Source of the DNA: an uncultured Nitrososphaerota archaeon
GTDB taxonomy: Archaea; Korarchaeota; Korarchaeia; Korarchaeales; Korarchaeaceae
Reading direction: 5' to 3'
Length of the DNA: 64,000 nt
Assembly: GCA_964594835.1 (NCBI GenBank)
Contig: CAZQNA010000001.1
Location: forward strand, 96,001-160,000
How positions within the stretch are numbered: the first letter of the stretch is position 1; the number at the start of each line of letters is the position of its first letter. A model generated the notes under the pieces. It was not told the DNA's origin, did not search any database, and saw only the letters and a list, made by a program, of their open reading frames with translations. The translations under genes and the position numbers were made by a program. Of this stretch, positions 27,888 through 37,144 are shown piece after piece.

Positions 27888-29462
27888 TCACCCCTCGGCT
27901 CTAATGGCTCCCTCCTCCCCCTCCCCTCCTCCCCTGCCACCCAAGAGGAGCCACGCGTAGACCGGGGCAGCCGTGATCACCCCGATCGCGAGGGCGATCA
28001 TCGGGCGCCCCTCTAGCCTGGGTGTGAGGAACGCCTCTATCACGGCGTAGGCGGGGAGCAGTATGGCGGAGAAAAGGGGGAGGATGACCGCCCTCCTTGC
28101 GCTCAGAATCGCGGAAGACCTGTCCCTCCCGGGGAAGAATAGCCTCCAGGCGATCTTCATCCCCCCTGCCGCGGCCACGAGGAACAGCGTGAGCTCGCCC
28201 AGCCCGTGAGCCACCACCAGGGACAGGAACGTGAGCCAGCTGCTGGAGGCCGCGGAGTGGGCGGCCAGCGCGCCAACGACGGCGCCGTTCGTCAGGAGCA
28301 TCAGCAGGACGGGATAGATGGCCGGACCTCCCCCCAGCAGGACCCCCAGATCCACCCTCACGTTGTTCATGGCTATTGCGACGGTCAGCAGCGCTGGATT
28401 CGCGGCTACGGCCCCGCCCGGTGGACCGAATATCCTCCTCAACTCCTCGGCGAACCCCGTGCCCACCCAGTATCCCAGTCCAAGGCCGGAGAGAAGTATG
28501 AGGACCGCCGCCAGGAAGAAGGGGGCGCTCGAGCGGAACTCCTCTGGCGCCGACCCAATGACCTGAGCCAGCCCCGGCAAGATCCTCGGCTCCCTCCTCC
28601 CTGACCTCATCTCCGCGAGCGACCTGAGGGCACGCGCCCTCGCCTCGAACTCCACTCGATCCTCGATCCTCGAGGCCAGCCGAGAGGCCCTTCGAAGTAC
28701 GGAGGCGGACCTCTCGGCCAGGCTCTCTCTCTTGAAGGTCACGATTCCACTCATTAACCCGTATGCCACGACGCCAACCCTCCAGTCGTCTTCGCTCAGC
28801 CCGAGGAGACTCGTGACTTGCCTGCGGGCCTCATCCTCCGATACTCCCCTCCTGGCCGCGATCCTCCGCAGGACCTCCCGGGCTACGTCCGATCCCTCCC
28901 TCTCAAGCCTCTCCCTCACCTCGCCTATGAGACCCTCGACGATTGCCCGATCCCTCTCCCAGGCCCTCCCTCCGGTCCTCTTGAGGACTTCGAATCGGCG
29001 TGTGGTTGGCAGGGCCAGAGCCACCTTCTTCTCATCGACCACGAACGTTCCGGCCAGGACGTCACCCAGCCTGCGGCGGTCCCTCCTGATGAGCATTGGG
29101 ATGCCGAGGAGAGCTAGGTCAGAGGCCCTTGCCAGTCCCCTGACGAGCGCCTGCCAGTAGGTAGGGGGCTCAAGGTCCTCCCCCAGCACCCTCACGCCGA
29201 GGAGCTCCTTTCCCAGAGTCGCGCCGCGCCTCCCCTCAAGGTAGGAGAAGTAGACCACGTAGCCGAAGAACTCCAGGCTCGCCACGGTCCACAGGTGAAG
29301 GAACCCTCTCCCGAGTCCCAGGAGCAGCAAGGGGGCGAATAGGAACCCGATCACGATCAGGTCCAGCACGAAGGCCGCCAGCCTCGCTAAGGCGCCTGCT
29401 GCGAGTTCTCCCGCAACCTCCATCTCGAAGCCCGCTCGCCAGTTGACTGGCCCCTCGGTCAT
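27888..29462 (-). CDS. RDD-domain / stage II sporulation M (SpoIIM)-domain fusion membrane protein
   Basis: N-terminal R..A..LD, GATLGK, RRLGD.LAGT (RDD); C-terminal NN, NG, HGLGEL, IEAF.TP (SpoIIM). Confidence 0.8.
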   Translation of the reverse strand: MTEGPVNWRAGFEMEVAGELAAGALARLAAFVLDLIVIGFLFAPLLLLGLGRGFLHLWTVASLEFFGYVVYFSYLEGRRGATLGKELLGVRVLGEDLEPPTYWQALVRGLARASDLALLGIPMLIRRDRRRLGDVLAGTFVVDEKKVALALPTTRRFEVLKRTGGRAWERDRAIVEGLIGEVRERLEREGSDVAREVLRRIAARRGVSEDEARRQVTSLLGLSEDDWRVGVVAYGLMSGIVTFKRESLAERSASVLRRASRLASRIEDRVEFEARARALRSLAEMRSGRREPRILPGLAQVIGSAPEEFRSSAPFFLAAVLILLSGLGLGYWVGTGFAEELRRIFGPPGGAVAANPALLTVAIAMNNVRVDLGVLLGGGPAIYPVLLMLLTNGAVVGALAAHSAASSSWLTFLSLVVAHGLGELTLFLVAAAGGMKIAWRLFFPGRDRSSAILSARRAVILPLFSAILLPAYAVIEAFLTPRLEGRPMIALAIGVITAAPVYAWLLLGGRGGGEGEEGAIRAEG

Positions 29463-29700
29463 CGGCCGATCGGAGATCCAGGTCGGTATAAAGTGATTCA
29501 GAGGGGTGGAAAAGTGCTGAATACCTCATTAATTGTTTGCTCCAACGCGTCAACTATCCGTGAACTAATTTAAAAGAGCCAGAGATGCCTCCGATTAGGA
29601 AGTATCATTAACTTGCAATTGTTGGGTCCGAGGGCCTCCAATCGGTTGAACTGGCCTTCACGACGGTCCCTCCAGCCGTGCCGTCTCCGTTGGAACCGGT

Positions 29701-29710
29701 AAACTTTTAT
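29701..29710 (+). promoter_or_regulatory. BRE/TATA of histone gene
   Basis: AAACTTTTAT about 35 nt before ATG 29743; SD AGGTGA. Confidence 0.6.
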
Positions 29711-29742
29711 CCTCTACGCGCCCCAATCCCGAAGGTGAAAGC

Positions 29743-29970
29743 ATGCCCAGGTATCTGCCAAAGGCCCCTGTTGCGCGGATAATCAAGGAGGCTGGTGCTG
29801 AGAGGGTCAGTGAATCCGCGACTGAGACGCTAGTCTATCATCTTGAGAAGTTTGGCGTTGAGGTCGCGAAGCAGGCTGCTGAGCTTGCCAGGCACGCCGG
29901 AAGAAAGACCGTAACCGCAGAAGACATAGATCTGGCTATCCAGGCCATCTGGAAGAAGCCTAGGAGGTAG
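29743..29970 (+). CDS. Archaeal histone (HMf family)
   Basis: [33 protein letters not shown]. Confidence 0.97.
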   Translation: MPRYLPKAPVARIIKEAGAERVSESATETLVYHLEKFGVEVAKQAAELARHAGRKTVTAEDIDLAIQAIWKKPRR

Positions 29971-29989
29971 GCGAGCTCGCAGCCCTCCC

Positions 29990-30008
29990 CTCCCCTTTTT
30001 CCTTTTCC
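29990..30008 (+). terminator. Oligo-T/pyrimidine terminator after histone gene
   Basis: CCCCTTTTTCCTTTTCC between convergent genes. Confidence 0.55.
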
Positions 30009-30044
30009 GCGCCCTCGCCCGACCGCATCCGCCCCTGCTGATAT

Positions 30045-30869
30045 CTACTCTCTTTCTCCTTCTCCCATTATTGACAGGGCCTTCTGTACTGTCTCCATGT
30101 TTGCTCTGAGGCGGGACAGGTTCTCCTCAATCTTTTCTCTCCTCGTCTCGTACTCTATGTCTGATATTTGACCCAGCGCAGCCTTTGCTCGAAGTACCTC
30201 AAGCTCCCGCTCCATCTCCCTTATCGCCTTTTTAGACTCGACCAGCTCCTCCTCGAGCTCCGACCTCTTCTCCTCCAGGCTCCTTATCAGCTCCTCCCTC
30301 AGACCCCTGAGATCCTGGTAGAGGTCCACAAATGTGTCTTCCGAGATGTCCCCCTTCACCAGGAGGTCTCTGAGCTTCTTTCTCTTGAACTCGAGGTCCT
30401 CTAGCTGGCTGAGCATGTCCTGAACCACGTCGAGGAGGCCCTTTACCTCCACCGCCTCCCCGGCGGTCTCCGGAACCACCTCCTGAGGTCTGGGCTGCGG
30501 GACAGGGGGCGCTGGCTGCTCCTCCCCGACTACCGCGGCTGCCGGGGCGGGGGGCTGAGGCTGAGCCTCGACCGCCACCTCCTCCGGCCGAGGCTGGGGC
30601 TGGGGGGCTTCTTCCCTGAGCAGCTCGGCGACGACCTCCTCCACCCCCTCGGTCTTCCTCTCCAGCTCGGTCGCGACGGCCTCGTACTCATCCAGGCTCA
30701 TCTCTCCCCTCTGTAGGGTCTCCCTCAGCCTCATGAGGCTCAGGGCCGACTCCAGCTTCGCCTTGAGAGACTCGTACTCATCTTTCTCGATGTCTCCAAG
30801 CAGGTACTTTTCGCTCAGCTTTAGGAGGGCCTTTTTCACCTGCTGCTCGTTGAGGTCCCTACCCTCCAT
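30045..30869 (-). CDS. CdvA-like coiled-coil protein with SHOCT-like repeats
   Basis: Four L.G.I/M..D/E.Y/F motifs, Pro/Gln linker, long acidic coiled coil. Confidence 0.6.
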   Translation of the reverse strand: MEGRDLNEQQVKKALLKLSEKYLLGDIEKDEYESLKAKLESALSLMRLRETLQRGEMSLDEYEAVATELERKTEGVEEVVAELLREEAPQPQPRPEEVAVEAQPQPPAPAAAVVGEEQPAPPVPQPRPQEVVPETAGEAVEVKGLLDVVQDMLSQLEDLEFKRKKLRDLLVKGDISEDTFVDLYQDLRGLREELIRSLEEKRSELEEELVESKKAIREMERELEVLRAKAALGQISDIEYETRREKIEENLSRLRANMETVQKALSIMGEGERE

Positions 30870-30950
30870 TCTTCACCAGCCGCGGCGGCGGGCCATAGAA
30901 TAATTTTAACTTGCCCGATTTTAGGCGAGGAAGAGGGAGGTCTCGACTCG

Positions 30951-32237
30951 TTGAGAAAGCTCATCTATCTGGTCTTGGATGGAGCCGCCGGAACTCTTGG
31001 AAGGGAGACTGCCCTATCCAAGGCCGTGAAGCCGGGGTTGGATAGGCTCGCGGAGCTAGGCGCCTGCGGGCTCACCTACACGGTGTCGAGGGGCGTGGCC
31101 CCCGAGAGCGACGCGGCCGTCATGTCCATCCTGGGGTACGATCCCATCCGGTACTACACGGGCAGAGGCCCGATAGAGGCGGCGGGGGCCGGCATCCTCC
31201 TCAGCGAGGGGGAGGTCGCGTTCAGGGCGAACTTCGCCACGGTCGAGCCGCCCACCCTCAGGATAGTGGACAGGAGGGTCGGCAGGAGCCTCAGAACCGA
31301 CGAGGCGAGGGAGCTGGCCTCGTCGCTCGACGGCATGGGCCTCAGCCTCCCGGGGTCCTACGTGAAGGTCAGGGCCACAGTCGGGCACCGTGCCGTGGTC
31401 GTGATGGGGGTGGAGGGTCGAGAGCTCTCCGAAAGGGTTGAGAACACGGATCCAGCCTACAGGCGGGCTGGACTCATGAGCGTGGCCGTCCCGAGTCCAG
31501 ACATGAGGGTGCGGAGGTGCGAACCGCTGGACTCGTCGCCGGAGGCTAGGCTGACCGCCGAGCTCGTCAACGAGTTCACGAGGAGGGCCATCGAGATCCT
31601 GGACCGCCACCCGGTTAACGAGGAGCGAAGGAGGAGGGGCCTGCTTCCAGCCAACGCCATCCTCCTCAGGGATGCGGGGGCTAGGCTCCCTCCGGTGGAG
31701 CCCATATCCCAGAGATACGGCCTGTCCTTCGGGGCGGTCGCAGAGATGCCGGTGGAGATAGGGATCTCCCGTCTCCTCGGCATGTCCACGGTGGAGGTTC
31801 CACCCCCGTCGGGGGACCTTGTGCGGGACATGCCCACCAGGCTGGACGCGACCATTCGACTGCTCAGGAGCGTAGACGTGGCGTACGTTCACCTGAAGGG
31901 CCCGGACGAGCCGGGTCACGATGGGGACATGGGGGCCAAGGTAGAGGCCATAGAGACGATAGACGAGATGTTCGTCCGACCCCTCATCGAGGAACACGGG
32001 CTCGGGGAGGAGCTCCACGTCCTCGTGACGTCTGATCACGCCACCCCCTGCTGGGCCCGGGCGCACACCGACGACCCGGTCCCGACGTGCGTGGCAGGAC
32101 CCGACGTCCCGCCGGATCCCGTGAACAGGTTTGACGAGGAGTCCTGCTCTCGGGGGAGTCTGGGGATCACGGAGAGGGGTTGCGAGCTCCTCCCCAAGAT
32201 CCTGGGCATGCTTGGGCTCACTCGCCGATCCTCATGA
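30951..32237 (+). CDS. apgM: 2,3-bisphosphoglycerate-independent phosphoglycerate mutase, archaeal
   Basis: VLDG, APESD, GRGPIEA, AFRANF, HLKGPDEPGH, TSDHATP, HTDDPVP. Confidence 0.94.
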   Translation: MRKLIYLVLDGAAGTLGRETALSKAVKPGLDRLAELGACGLTYTVSRGVAPESDAAVMSILGYDPIRYYTGRGPIEAAGAGILLSEGEVAFRANFATVEPPTLRIVDRRVGRSLRTDEARELASSLDGMGLSLPGSYVKVRATVGHRAVVVMGVEGRELSERVENTDPAYRRAGLMSVAVPSPDMRVRRCEPLDSSPEARLTAELVNEFTRRAIEILDRHPVNEERRRRGLLPANAILLRDAGARLPPVEPISQRYGLSFGAVAEMPVEIGISRLLGMSTVEVPPPSGDLVRDMPTRLDATIRLLRSVDVAYVHLKGPDEPGHDGDMGAKVEAIETIDEMFVRPLIEEHGLGEELHVLVTSDHATPCWARAHTDDPVPTCVAGPDVPPDPVNRFDEESCSRGSLGITERGCELLPKILGMLGLTRRSS

Positions 32238-32817
32238 TCCTGCCGGCCACCGCCACGAAGACGTCCGGGACCAGAGCCCTGAATCGCGCCACCTCCCAGT
32301 GCTCGTGCGCCCACGGAAACACCACCAAGACGACCCGATTTCGCTCCTTCAGGGTCTCGAGCAGCGACCTCAGAGCCAGATAGGCCTCCTTGTGGCCGAC
32401 CATTCCGACCAGGGCCGTGACGCTGTCGTAGATCAGGAGGCTCCCTCCCCGCCTGTTGAGGTCCTCGGCCAGGCGGAGGTGATCGCCGACGGACGGGTTC
32501 AGCTCCCCCGGATCCCCCAGCCTCAAGACCTCCATCTCCGCCGAGCCGCCCCACCAGGGCTCCAGGAGGAGGCTGCTCTGGTCGCAGACGGCGATCACGT
32601 CGTATCCGTCTCTGGTCATCCTCTCCGCGAGCTGGAGGAGCGGTCCGGCGTAATTGGGGTCGAAGGCAAACTCTAGGAGGATTGATCTCCTCTTCCTGAG
32701 GGCCTTTCGGACCGGGGACACGTCCCAGGCAGACCTCCGGAGAACCATGCCGAGCCAGCCCAGAGTCGCGAGCGGGAGGAGCGCCAGCATCCCCTGGGGA
32801 GCGGCTGGGCTCGGCAA
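32218..32817 (-). CDS. Membrane-anchored DUF835-like degenerate RecA/KaiC-fold protein
   Basis: N-terminal TM, LLIYDSVTALV, AHE; no Walker A. Confidence 0.6.
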   Translation of the reverse strand: MPSPAAPQGMLALLPLATLGWLGMVLRRSAWDVSPVRKALRKRRSILLEFAFDPNYAGPLLQLAERMTRDGYDVIAVCDQSSLLLEPWWGGSAEMEVLRLGDPGELNPSVGDHLRLAEDLNRRGGSLLIYDSVTALVGMVGHKEAYLALRSLLETLKERNRVVLVVFPWAHEHWEVARFRALVPDVFVAVAGRIMRIGE

Positions 32818-32899
32818 GGGCTATCCCTCTCAACCAGGTCGGAGGCGCGCGTTCACCGGCTTCAACAATTTTAGGATTTGTCCGGAGGAGGGCGGGGCA

Positions 32900-33715
32900 A
32901 TGGCACTCCATCGCCGCCACAGCGCGGGTCTCATCTCCGTCGGGAACGAGCTCCTGATTGGGAGGACGGTCAACACCAACCAGACCTGGCTGGCGAGGCG
33001 CCTCACCGTCCTAGGGTACGAGGTGAGGGTCGGCCTCGTAGTCCGAGACAGGTGCGACGACATAGAGTGGGCCTTCCGGACGGCGGTCGACCTAGGCTGC
33101 GGGGTCGTGATATCGACGGGCGGGCTGGGGCCGACCTTCGACGACATGACGGTCTCTTGCATGGCAAGGGCCTTCGGCCTGCCCCTCGTTCGGAACGAGG
33201 AGGCGCTGAACATGGTCAGGGAGAGGTACTCCGCTCGGGGGCTTCCCCTCACGGAGCACAGGCTGAAGCTGGCGATGATGCCGGAGGGATCCAGGCCCCT
33301 GCCCAATAGGGTCGGCACGGCGCCCGGGGTCCTCCTCGAGCTGGGAGACGTCCTGGCGGTCGCCCTGCCGGGTGTCCCCGCCGAGATGAAGGCGATATTC
33401 GAGGACCACCTCGAGCCCCTCCTGAGGGAGCGGGGTCCACCCCTGACGCTGGCCGAGAAGTTCCTGGTCAGCGTGGGCGTCCCCGAGTCCTCCGCAGCCC
33501 CAGTGATAGAGAGGGCCATGAAGGTCTCCTCGAGGGTCTACGTGAAGAGCCACCCGTCGGGCGGGGAGCTGACAGAGCCTGTGCTCAAGATCCACATCCA
33601 GGCCTCAGCGGAGAGCCTCAGGGAGGCCGAGGAGGTCGTTGAGCGCGCCGCGGAGGTCTTAAGGGAGGGACTGACCTCCCTTGGCGCGAGGGTCCAGGAG
33701 GTGAACGGGCTGTAG
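32900..33715 (+). CDS. CinA-like molybdopterin-binding-domain protein
   Basis: ISVGNELLIG..NTN, TGGLGPT.DD.T, LPGVP.EM, YVKSHP; start ATG 32900. Confidence 0.88.
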   Translation: MALHRRHSAGLISVGNELLIGRTVNTNQTWLARRLTVLGYEVRVGLVVRDRCDDIEWAFRTAVDLGCGVVISTGGLGPTFDDMTVSCMARAFGLPLVRNEEALNMVRERYSARGLPLTEHRLKLAMMPEGSRPLPNRVGTAPGVLLELGDVLAVALPGVPAEMKAIFEDHLEPLLRERGPPLTLAEKFLVSVGVPESSAAPVIERAMKVSSRVYVKSHPSGGELTEPVLKIHIQASAESLREAEEVVERAAEVLREGLTSLGARVQEVNGL

Positions 33716-33783
33716 GTGAGGCCCAGGGGGGCGCGGGGGTCAGGGGATCCTTCCTACTCCTCCCGCCCGCGCTGAGGGAAGCC

Positions 33784-36606
33784 TTGGCAGAGCGCGGTAT
33801 GCTGACCCCCACCGAGCCCCAGGAGATGGCCATTCCTCTGATCCTGAGGGGGGAGAACGTCCTCCTGATAGCGCCCACGGGGACGGGAAAGACCGAGGCC
33901 GCCCTCCTGCCGATGCTCGCCAGGATGATGGCCGAGGGGAGGGCCGCGGGGGGAGTCAGGATGCTGTACGTCACACCCCTGAGGGCCCTGAATCGCGACC
34001 TCATGCTCAGGATATCCTGGTGGGCCTCTCGCCTCGATCTAAGCGTCGCTGTGAGGCACGGGGACACGCCCGCAATAGAGAGGAGGGCTCAGCTGGCCAG
34101 ACCTCCGGACATACTGGTCACGACGCCGGAGACGCTCCAGATACTCCTGGTGGCGAGGAGGTTCCGCCAGCACCTGGCCTCGGTTCGGTATCTCATCGTC
34201 GATGAGGTCCACGAGCTCGCGGAGAGCAAGAGGGGCGCCCAGCTCTCCCTCGCCCTCGAGAAGCTCAAGGTCATGACGGGTGAGCACCCACAGATCGCTG
34301 GCCTCTCGGCGACCGTCGGATCCCCGGAGGAGGTGGCCCGATTCCTTGGGGGCTCCTCCCCGACGCCCCGCGTGGTGTACGTGTCCGCCGCGAAGACCAT
34401 GGAGATAGGGGTCGAGTACCCACTCCCCTCGCCCGAGGACGGGGAACTCGCCGCCAGGCTCTACGTGACCCCGGACGTCGCGGCCAGGCTGAGGAGGATA
34501 AGGGAACTCATACGGGAGGCCAAGACCGCCCTCATCTTCACGAACACCAGGTCCATGACCGAGATCCTGGGCAGCAGGCTGAGGATGTGGGACGCGAGCC
34601 TCGCCATGGCGGTTCACCACGGCTCTCTCGCGGCAAGGGCGAGGGTGACGGCCGAGAGATCCCTCAGGGAGGGGAGGGTTAGGTCCCTCGTCTCCACCAG
34701 CTCCCTGGAGCTGGGCATAGACGTCGGCCACGTGGACCTGGTGGTCCAGTACATGAGCCCCAGGCAGGCCACCAGGCTCGTCCAGAGGGTGGGGAGGAGC
34801 GGCCACAGGGTAGGGGAGGTGAGCAGGGGCGTCGTGATAGTCATGACCCCCGACGACGCCCTTGAGTCCATGGTGGTCAGGCGGAGGGCCCTGGAAGACA
34901 GACTAGAGGCCGTGAAAATACCCGAAAAGCCATATGACGCCCTCCTTCACGAGATAGTGGCCCTCCTCATGTGGAAGCCCGAGTGGACCGTTCCCGAGGC
35001 CCTTGGAATTATCAGGAGGGCGTACAACTACCGGCGGCTCGGGCCCGAGGAGCTGCTGGACCTGGTCAAGTTTCTGGCCAGCCTGCCCAGGAGCCCGGTG
35101 CTCGTCTCGGAGCCCACCCGCTTCAGGAGGGGGCCGGGGTTCTCCGGCCTCTACCCATACTACTTCGAGAATCTGTCCATGATCCCCGAAATCCGAGCCT
35201 ACCTCGTCGTGGATCAGGACACTGAGGAGCCCGTGGGCACGCTGGACGAGCCCTTCGTGGCGGAGAGGGGAGAGCCTGGGTCCAAGTTCATCATGGCCGG
35301 GGAGGTCTGGAGGATCGTCCAGATCTTCAGGGACAGGGTGTACGTGGTGAGGGACCCAGATCCGGAGGGGGCGGTCCCCCACTGGCTGGGGGAGGAGATA
35401 CCGGTGCCCTGGTCGGTCTCGCAGGAGGTGGGCCTCATAAGGGGAAGGGTGGCTGAGGCGATCTCCTCTGGGCTCTCTCGGCGAGAGGTGGCCAGGTCCC
35501 TATCCAGGGACTACGGGGTGGCGGAGGACACGGTCCTGAGGGCCATCTCTCCGACCGTGGAGACCGCAGAGAGGGGGCTGTCGGTTCCCACGCACCGGAG
35601 GGTGGTCGTTGAGGCCGTGGGGAACACGGTGATCGTTCACGTTCACGCTGGGACGCTTGCCAACAGGGCCCTCGCCAGGTACCTGGCAGAGATAGCGGCC
35701 CGAGAGACTGGAGGGGCCGTCGGCGTGGCCGAGGATCCGTACCGCCTGTACCTGACCGGTCGCCTGGTGACCCCGGGATTGGTCGCGGACGGCCTGGCGT
35801 CCCCTCCCACGGACGTGGGGGAGGTCCTGAGGGCGGCGGTCGAGAGGAGCGGATACTTCAGGTTCAGGCTCCTCCAGGCCGCCAGGAAGATGGGGGTATT
35901 GTCGAGGGACGCCGAGGTCACCCCCTCGGTCCTGGACAGGCTGAAGGTCAGCTTGGAGGGCACCCCGGTGTACAGGCAGGCGGTCAGGGACGTATTGGAG
36001 AGGGACATGTCCATACCCGGGGCAGAGGAGGTGATGGGCCGCCTGGCATCCGGGGATTGGGAGCTCGTCAACCTCGGCAGGACCGCCGAGCCCACCCCCA
36101 TCTCCAGGGACGCCCTGAGGTGGATAAGGGTCAGGGTGGAGTCGATCCCCCCGGACAAGAGGCGGCTCCTCAGGAGGGAGAGGCTGAGGGTGAAGATCCT
36201 CACGGAGACCGTGACCCTTGCGTGCCTCAGCTGCCGCGGATACGTCGAGGAGGTCGAGCCCTACGAACTCCCGCAGCGTCCGGAGTGCCCCCTGTGCGGC
36301 TCCAGACTCCTGGGAGTCTCCCGAGAGCCGGATATAGCGGTTGAGCAGGCCCTCTCCCTCTCTGAGCGGGCCCTGAGGTCGAAGTCCCGCCGGAGGATGA
36401 GGAGGATCGTCTCGGAGATCAAGATGACCGCCCGCCTGGTGGAGGCCCACGGGAGGCTGGCCGTCATGGCTCTTGCGGCGGGCATCCCGCCCAGGGCCGC
36501 CGAGGATATCTTGGAGCGGTCCGGGGGGAGTGAGGCCGCCCTGATCGACGCCATACTGGAATTCACGTCTCGCCGGAGGATCCGCGGGCGCCGAGGAGCA
36601 GGCTGA
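33784..36606 (+). CDS. lhr: Lhr-family SF2 helicase with C-terminal Cys cluster (aLhr1-like)
   Basis: APTGTGKT, TTPETL, DEVH, LSAT, HHGSL, LELGID, QRVGRSGH, CLSC..CPLC; homologous sequence begins upstream of the called start. Confidence 0.93.
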   Translation: MAERGMLTPTEPQEMAIPLILRGENVLLIAPTGTGKTEAALLPMLARMMAEGRAAGGVRMLYVTPLRALNRDLMLRISWWASRLDLSVAVRHGDTPAIERRAQLARPPDILVTTPETLQILLVARRFRQHLASVRYLIVDEVHELAESKRGAQLSLALEKLKVMTGEHPQIAGLSATVGSPEEVARFLGGSSPTPRVVYVSAAKTMEIGVEYPLPSPEDGELAARLYVTPDVAARLRRIRELIREAKTALIFTNTRSMTEILGSRLRMWDASLAMAVHHGSLAARARVTAERSLREGRVRSLVSTSSLELGIDVGHVDLVVQYMSPRQATRLVQRVGRSGHRVGEVSRGVVIVMTPDDALESMVVRRRALEDRLEAVKIPEKPYDALLHEIVALLMWKPEWTVPEALGIIRRAYNYRRLGPEELLDLVKFLASLPRSPVLVSEPTRFRRGPGFSGLYPYYFENLSMIPEIRAYLVVDQDTEEPVGTLDEPFVAERGEPGSKFIMAGEVWRIVQIFRDRVYVVRDPDPEGAVPHWLGEEIPVPWSVSQEVGLIRGRVAEAISSGLSRREVARSLSRDYGVAEDTVLRAISPTVETAERGLSVPTHRRVVVEAVGNTVIVHVHAGTLANRALARYLAEIAARETGGAVGVAEDPYRLYLTGRLVTPGLVADGLASPPTDVGEVLRAAVERSGYFRFRLLQAARKMGVLSRDAEVTPSVLDRLKVSLEGTPVYRQAVRDVLERDMSIPGAEEVMGRLASGDWELVNLGRTAEPTPISRDALRWIRVRVESIPPDKRRLLRRERLRVKILTETVTLACLSCRGYVEEVEPYELPQRPECPLCGSRLLGVSREPDIAVEQALSLSERALRSKSRRRMRRIVSEIKMTARLVEAHGRLAVMALAAGIPPRAAEDILERSGGSEAALIDAILEFTSRRRIRGRRGAG

Positions 36607-37144
36607 GCAGGCGCTCCACGTCGATCTCCACCCGAGTCCTCCACCCCATCTCGACCCCCTCCTCCGTCTCGGAGAGGTAGCCGTGCCTGATCAGCCTTGT
36701 GAGAATGCCGGGGACCTTCCAGTCCGGTAGCTTCGACTTCAGGAGGTCCTCCAACTCCTCCCTGCTCGCTCGCCCGCCCTTTGCGGATATCAGGGCCACG
36801 CAGGCCGCCAGCGCGGCGAGCTCGTCTATCCTCCAGCCAGACCCCCTCACCTCCGGCCAGTCGGGGGCCTCCCGGAAGGTGACGTAGAAGGTGGCCTCAG
36901 CGAACTCCTCCTCGCCCGCGTCCCGCCCGTCCGGAGCTTTGGCGACCACCCTGAAGCCTATGTCGGAGAGTTCCTCGTCTAGGAGGCGGAGAACGGTCTT
37001 GTAGTCCCTCCCGAGGGCCCTCCTCAGCTCCCACCCCTTGACCCCCGGCTTCGCGTGGCTCCTGAGGAGCAGCATGTGGGCCGCGCGCCTGACCTTCCTG
37101 CGCAGGTCCTCGGGCCCGCCCCTCGAGTCAGCCATCCCCACCAC
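36563..37144 (-). CDS. Kite-family tandem winged-helix protein (ScpB/Nse1/Nse3-like)
   Basis: Last gene of smc-scpA operon; two wHTH-like halves; C-terminal LIRHGYL..EMGWRTRVE resembles Nse1/MAGE. Confidence 0.68.
   Translation of the reverse strand: MVGMADSRGGPEDLRRKVRRAAHMLLLRSHAKPGVKGWELRRALGRDYKTVLRLLDEELSDIGFRVVAKAPDGRDAGEEEFAEATFYVTFREAPDWPEVRGSGWRIDELAALAACVALISAKGGRASREELEDLLKSKLPDWKVPGILTRLIRHGYLSETEEGVEMGWRTRVEIDVERLLSLLLGARGSSGET

Noticed and set aside
32654-32899. N-terminal extension of the CinA-like ORF
   Set aside because: Overlaps the divergent gene and the promoter region
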